Both the position numbers and the translations under genes were made by a program. Source: Alphaproteobacteria bacterium (GTDB taxonomy: Bacteria; Pseudomonadota; Alphaproteobacteria; UBA6615). From it: a stretch of 64,000 nt of DNA. The notes beneath the pieces were generated by a model that made no database searches, was not told the DNA's origin, and was given only the letters and a program-made list of their open reading frames with translations. The stretch is from assembly GCA_965261975.1 (NCBI GenBank), contig CBDHEC010000010.1, forward strand, positions 25,030 through 89,029. Reading direction: 5' to 3'. This document shows positions 60,232-64,000 of this stretch, piece by piece (position 1 is the stretch's first letter; each line of letters starts with the position of its first letter).

Positions 60232-60304
60232 CGCAACTTTGTGATCATGAATTTCGTGCACGCTATACCCGCGCAAGGATGAATGCAAAACTGAAGTGCA
60301 GCCG
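60232..60304 (-). promoter_or_regulatory. terS promoter region with the motif shared with the holin leader
   Basis: Sense CGGCTGCACTTCAGTTTT...GGTATAGC...CATGATCACAAAGTTGCG. Confidence 0.6.
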
Positions 60305-60322
60305 AAGGGGGAGGACTGAACC

Positions 60323-60964
60323 ATGGCCACTTTGCGCATCTGTTTTGTCGGCGACAGCATCACGGTCGGCAGCGAGGACGCCGGTTTTCTGGGCTGGCCC
60401 AGCCATCTCTGCGTCGCCGAAACCGCCCGCGGTCACGACCTGACCCTCTACAATAACGGCGTGCGCGGGGACACGAGCGAGATGATCCGGCCGCGCTGGC
60501 GCCAGGAATGCGACCCCCGCCTGCCCGATCATGTGAACGGCCGCCTCGTCTTCTCCTTCGGGGTGAACGACATGGCCGAGGAAAGCGGCACCGGCATCCG
60601 CGTCCCGGTCGAAAATTCCGTGGCCAACGCCCGCGCCATGCTCACGGAAGCACGCGACTGGCTTCCGACCCTCATGCTCGGACCGATCCCGGTCATTGAA
60701 GACATGCAGCCCTATGTTTTCCCCAACGGCATCGCCTATGATTTCAACAACAACCGCATCGCCGAGCTCAACCAGCGCTACGCGGATCTCTGCGACCAAC
60801 TCGCCATCCCCTATCTCGATCTCTTCGCCACATTGCACGGCAACGCGGCCTGGGAGACCTCACAACGAAATTGTGATGGGGTACATGTCCTGGGAGATGG
60901 TTACGCGATGATCGCCGGACTGGTCGCGGAATGGCCGGCCTGGCGCGCCTGGCTGGACGACTAG
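60323..60964 (+). CDS. SGNH/GDSL hydrolase
   Basis: GDSIT, GVRG, GVND, DGVH. Confidence 0.9.
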   Translation: MATLRICFVGDSITVGSEDAGFLGWPSHLCVAETARGHDLTLYNNGVRGDTSEMIRPRWRQECDPRLPDHVNGRLVFSFGVNDMAEESGTGIRVPVENSVANARAMLTEARDWLPTLMLGPIPVIEDMQPYVFPNGIAYDFNNNRIAELNQRYADLCDQLAIPYLDLFATLHGNAAWETSQRNCDGVHVLGDGYAMIAGLVAEWPAWRAWLDD

Positions 60965-60999
60965 ACGCAGCCCGGACACCCCGGCCTGTGGGTGGCGGC

Positions 61000-61015
61000 T
61001 TAAGGCCGCATTAAC
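61000..61015 (+). promoter_or_regulatory. Perfect CtrA box
   Basis: TTAA-GGCCGCA-TTAAC (TTAA-N7-TTAAC), 68 nt upstream of the kinase gene. Confidence 0.7.
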
Positions 61016-61083
61016 TTTCACCTCCCATTGTCGAAGATCCACACGCCACAACTGCGGCGTGTACTGACAACGGATCTGCCGCG

Positions 61084-63330
61084 ATGGGCAAACACGATCA
61101 GGTCAAACTGGGCTACGCCTCAAAGCTGACGCTTGCGGCCATGACCCTGCTTCTGCCGTTGATCGTGTTCGTCTTCATCCTCGTGGACGACCGCAACACC
61201 CAGATCGACGCGGCCTATAACGAAATCGAGGGACTCGAATATCTCGTGGAGTTCCGCCAACTGCTCGAGCTCGTGCCCCGCCATCGCGGCCTCATCCAGC
61301 TCTCCCATCGCGGCCACCAGGAGGTCGACGCTCAAATCGACGAGACCGAACAGGCAATCGATGGACAGATCGAAACGCTGCTGGAAAGGGCCGAAGCATC
61401 GGGCGATCCGTTCCGGGTGTCCCAGCCCGTTTCCGGGTTGCACGGGCTTTGGACCACCGCAAAACAGAATCGGCGCGCCCTGTCCATGGCAAGCACCCTG
61501 GAGACCGACCAAGCCATCATGCAGGAGCTGGTCGCGCTGAACCGGCACCTGGGAAACAGGTCTAACCTTGCGATCGACTCCGCGCTCGAGTCGACCCATC
61601 TGATTGATCTGATCGTCATCGAGCTGCCGCAGATGATCGCCCGGATCAGCGAGGCGCGAAGCCGCGCGCTGGACATATTCGAAGAAGGTGGCGTGCCGAC
61701 ATTGCGCGACCGCCAGCAACTGAGCGTCGATGACTGGGCGTTACAATATGCCCACGACAATCTGTTCTACGGCTTCAATGTCGCGGTCGCGGAAGACGTC
61801 GAGATCGCCCGCAATCTCAACCGCCATTTCGAAATATTCGATCGCGACACCAACAAGTTTCACGCCTTCATCGCATCGGGCGATTTCGAACGCGATCCGG
61901 TGGAGGTTTTCACTCTCGGCACATCGTCGATCCAGGCCACCTTGCGGCTCTATGACGAGATCGTGCCGGAACTTCGCCGCGTCCTCAAAAACAGGATCAG
62001 CGAGCTCCAGAACACCCGGTTCATCGCGATCGCCACCGTGATCGCCATTTCGGTGATTGCCGGTGCGTCCGGTTGGGCGCTGCTGCGCGCCCTGACCCGC
62101 CCCCTGCAGGCGGAGGTCAAGGAGCGCCGGCGCGTGCAGGCCCGGCTCCGCGATCTCGCGGCCATTGTCGAACAGGCGGAGGATTCGATCCTGACCCTCT
62201 CGCCCACGGGCGAGGTCACGAGCTGGAACAAGGGAGCGGAACGGCTCTATGGCTACAGCGCCGAGGAAGCCGTGGGTGCAAATATCAGCATCCTCTCGCC
62301 CGAGGGCTTCGAGCACGAGACCACCCAGCTGCTGAAGAAGATGATCTCGGGTGAAACCATGCCCACCCGCGAGACCATACGCGTGCGCAAGGACGGCGAG
62401 ATGGTCGACGTCTCCCTGCGGTTCTCGCTTATCCGCAACCAGAACGGTCATGTTCGCGGCGCGGCGGTGATCGCCCGCGACATCCGCGACCGGAAGAAAG
62501 CCGAAGCGGAAATCCGCAACAAGGAGGGCATGCTGCAGGCGCGCATCGACCAGCTGCGCCTGACACAGTACGAACTGCAGCAGCATCGCGATCGGCTGGA
62601 AGACAAGGTGCGCGAGCGCACGGGCGAGGTTCGCGAAAAAGCCGCCCAGCTTGAGACCGCCCTGGAAAAGGAAAAAGAGTTCAACGCCCTCCAACGCAAG
62701 TTCATCTCGATGGCGTCCCATGAGTTTCGCACGCCGCTGGTCATCATCGACGGCGCGGCACAGCGGGTGGAGCGACGGATAGACACCATCGAAACGCCGG
62801 AACTGGAAAAACGCCTTTCACGGATTCGCGGTGCGGTTTCCAGGATGCTGGGGTTGATCGAAAGCACCCTGTCCGCCTCGCGTCTCGACGAAGGCCGGGT
62901 CGCGCTGCGCCCGCAGGAGGTGGATCTGGCCGCGCTCATCCGCACGGTCTGTGAACGCCAGAGTGAACTCTCCGAGAATCTGAAAATTCGCCTCGCTCTC
63001 GACGACCTGCCCGAGCATATCGAGGGCGACCCCGCGCTACTCGACCAGGTGTTCACGAACCTCCTGTCCAACGCCGCGAAATACACGCCGGAGACACCCA
63101 AAATCTCCGTCACAGCCACCCGTCAGGTCGATGGATTTCTGGCCATTGCGATCGCGGATAACGGCATCGGGCTGAACCTCGCCGGCGAACTCGTGGAAAT
63201 GCATGGCGGTTCAATCGCGGTCGAAAGCGATGTCGGGGTGGGCACGACCTTCACGGTGCTCCTGCCTTACAACCGTCCCGGCTCCACGCATGAATTCGAT
63301 TCCCCCCACGACGCTCACGAGGCCGCCTAG
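61084..63330 (+). CDS. PAS-domain sensor histidine kinase with an apparent in-frame ATP-lid deletion
   Basis: 2 TMs, PAS (WNKGAERLYGY), SHEFRTPL, NLLSNAAKY; DNGIG runs directly into LNLAGELVEMHGG. Confidence 0.88.
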   Translation: MGKHDQVKLGYASKLTLAAMTLLLPLIVFVFILVDDRNTQIDAAYNEIEGLEYLVEFRQLLELVPRHRGLIQLSHRGHQEVDAQIDETEQAIDGQIETLLERAEASGDPFRVSQPVSGLHGLWTTAKQNRRALSMASTLETDQAIMQELVALNRHLGNRSNLAIDSALESTHLIDLIVIELPQMIARISEARSRALDIFEEGGVPTLRDRQQLSVDDWALQYAHDNLFYGFNVAVAEDVEIARNLNRHFEIFDRDTNKFHAFIASGDFERDPVEVFTLGTSSIQATLRLYDEIVPELRRVLKNRISELQNTRFIAIATVIAISVIAGASGWALLRALTRPLQAEVKERRRVQARLRDLAAIVEQAEDSILTLSPTGEVTSWNKGAERLYGYSAEEAVGANISILSPEGFEHETTQLLKKMISGETMPTRETIRVRKDGEMVDVSLRFSLIRNQNGHVRGAAVIARDIRDRKKAEAEIRNKEGMLQARIDQLRLTQYELQQHRDRLEDKVRERTGEVREKAAQLETALEKEKEFNALQRKFISMASHEFRTPLVIIDGAAQRVERRIDTIETPELEKRLSRIRGAVSRMLGLIESTLSASRLDEGRVALRPQEVDLAALIRTVCERQSELSENLKIRLALDDLPEHIEGDPALLDQVFTNLLSNAAKYTPETPKISVTATRQVDGFLAIAIADNGIGLNLAGELVEMHGGSIAVESDVGVGTTFTVLLPYNRPGSTHEFDSPHDAHEAA

Positions 63331-63352
63331 GCAGGCAACGCAGGAACCGCAC

Positions 63353-64000
63353 ATGACCAGAATCCTCTGTATCGAAGACGAAGCCGAGCTGCGCGAAGAC
63401 ATTGTCGAAGAGCTCGCGGATGCCGGTTACGAGATGATCGAGGCCGCCAACGGCCGCGAGGGATTTGACGCCATCGTCGCGCACAAACCCGATCTGGTCC
63501 TCTGCGACGTGAACATGCCCGACATGAATGGGTACGAGCTGCTGACGAAACTGCGCGAATCTTTCGAGGAATATGACAATGTACCGTTCGTATTTCTCTC
63601 GGCCCTGGCCGACCGAAAAGACATCATCACAGGCAAGAAACTCGGCGCCGACGACTATCTGACGAAACCCGTCGATTTCGAGATGCTCCTCGTGACCGTC
63701 GAATCCCGCGTCCGCCAGATCACGCGAATCAACCGGCACAAGGAAGAGCAGCTCGTCCGGCTCTACCGTGCGCTTTCCGAGTCCCGGGAAACCGGAGACG
63801 AGAGTCCGGCACCGGTCATCACCGGTGACCCCATGACCGTCGTCATCGTCGTCGACGCAGAGTTCGATCTTTCGGAAATTCGCACAGCACTGGAGAAGGG
63901 CGGGCACAGCGTCATCGAAATGAACAGCGGCAAGCAGTTTCTCGACAGCCATGAGAGCATCACGCCGGATCTGCTCATCGTGTCGTTCAACACCAGCGAT
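63353..64000 (+). CDS. Response regulator, receiver plus second receiver-like domain (runs off the window)
   Basis: Manual translation MTRILCIEDE...DLVLCDVNMP...FLSA...YLTKP; not in the ORF track. Confidence 0.9.
   Translation, partial: MTRILCIEDEAELREDIVEELADAGYEMIEAANGREGFDAIVAHKPDLVLCDVNMPDMNGYELLTKLRESFEEYDNVPFVFLSALADRKDIITGKKLGADDYLTKPVDFEMLLVTVESRVRQITRINRHKEEQLVRLYRALSESRETGDESPAPVITGDPMTVVIVVDAEFDLSEIRTALEKGGHSVIEMNSGKQFLDSHESITPDLLIVSFNTSD

Noticed and set aside
55210-60304. Intact inducible prophage
   Set aside because: No integrase, repressor, replication, portal, capsid or tail genes recognised, and host genes are interleaved.
1-64000. CRISPR arrays, IS elements, rRNA, riboswitches, reverse transcriptases
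   Set aside because: No regularly spaced repeats, transposase or RT motifs, or recognisable RNA motifs seen by eye; an Rfam scan of the 17481-17659, 35352-35565 and 38120-38365 gaps would be the proper test.

Overview
GC-rich alphaproteobacterial chromosome, Rhodospirillales-like by gene content and synteny (inference). Housekeeping blocks: dcd-murA-DUF2948-hisG-hisD-UPF0262-LMW phosphatase; tRNA-Thr(GGT); LPS core glycosyltransferases plus asnB; ygfZ; glyQ-glyS-ppdK; trmN6-like/DUF2007/ispB; cls. Accessory blocks: a TetR-associated TRAP/cyclase/hydrolase/CoA-ligase/enolase catabolic cluster and a CDP-sugar C-methylation cluster. The main signal is a set of intact phage virion genes scattered among host genes, all on the minus strand: terS-terL (58.2-60.2 kb), a podovirus-type scaffold-like gene (56.5-57.2 kb), a TM/coiled-coil gene (55.2-55.7 kb) and, about 46 kb away, a holin-endolysin pair (8.5-9.6 kb). 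I recognise no integrase, repressor, replication, portal, capsid or tail gene. The terS and holin leaders share an exact 13-bp motif (CGGCTGCACTTCA on the sense strand) 125 and 119 nt upstream of their start codons, a second CATnATC-N7/8-GCGCC element and a leader hairpin. This suggests a co-regulated, antitermination-controlled, domesticated phage system (candidate dispersed gene transfer agent). Two apparent in-frame deletions were also seen (histidine kinase ATP lid; a chimeric ORF at 34.6-35.4 kb). All family calls come from motif recognition by eye; no searches were run.
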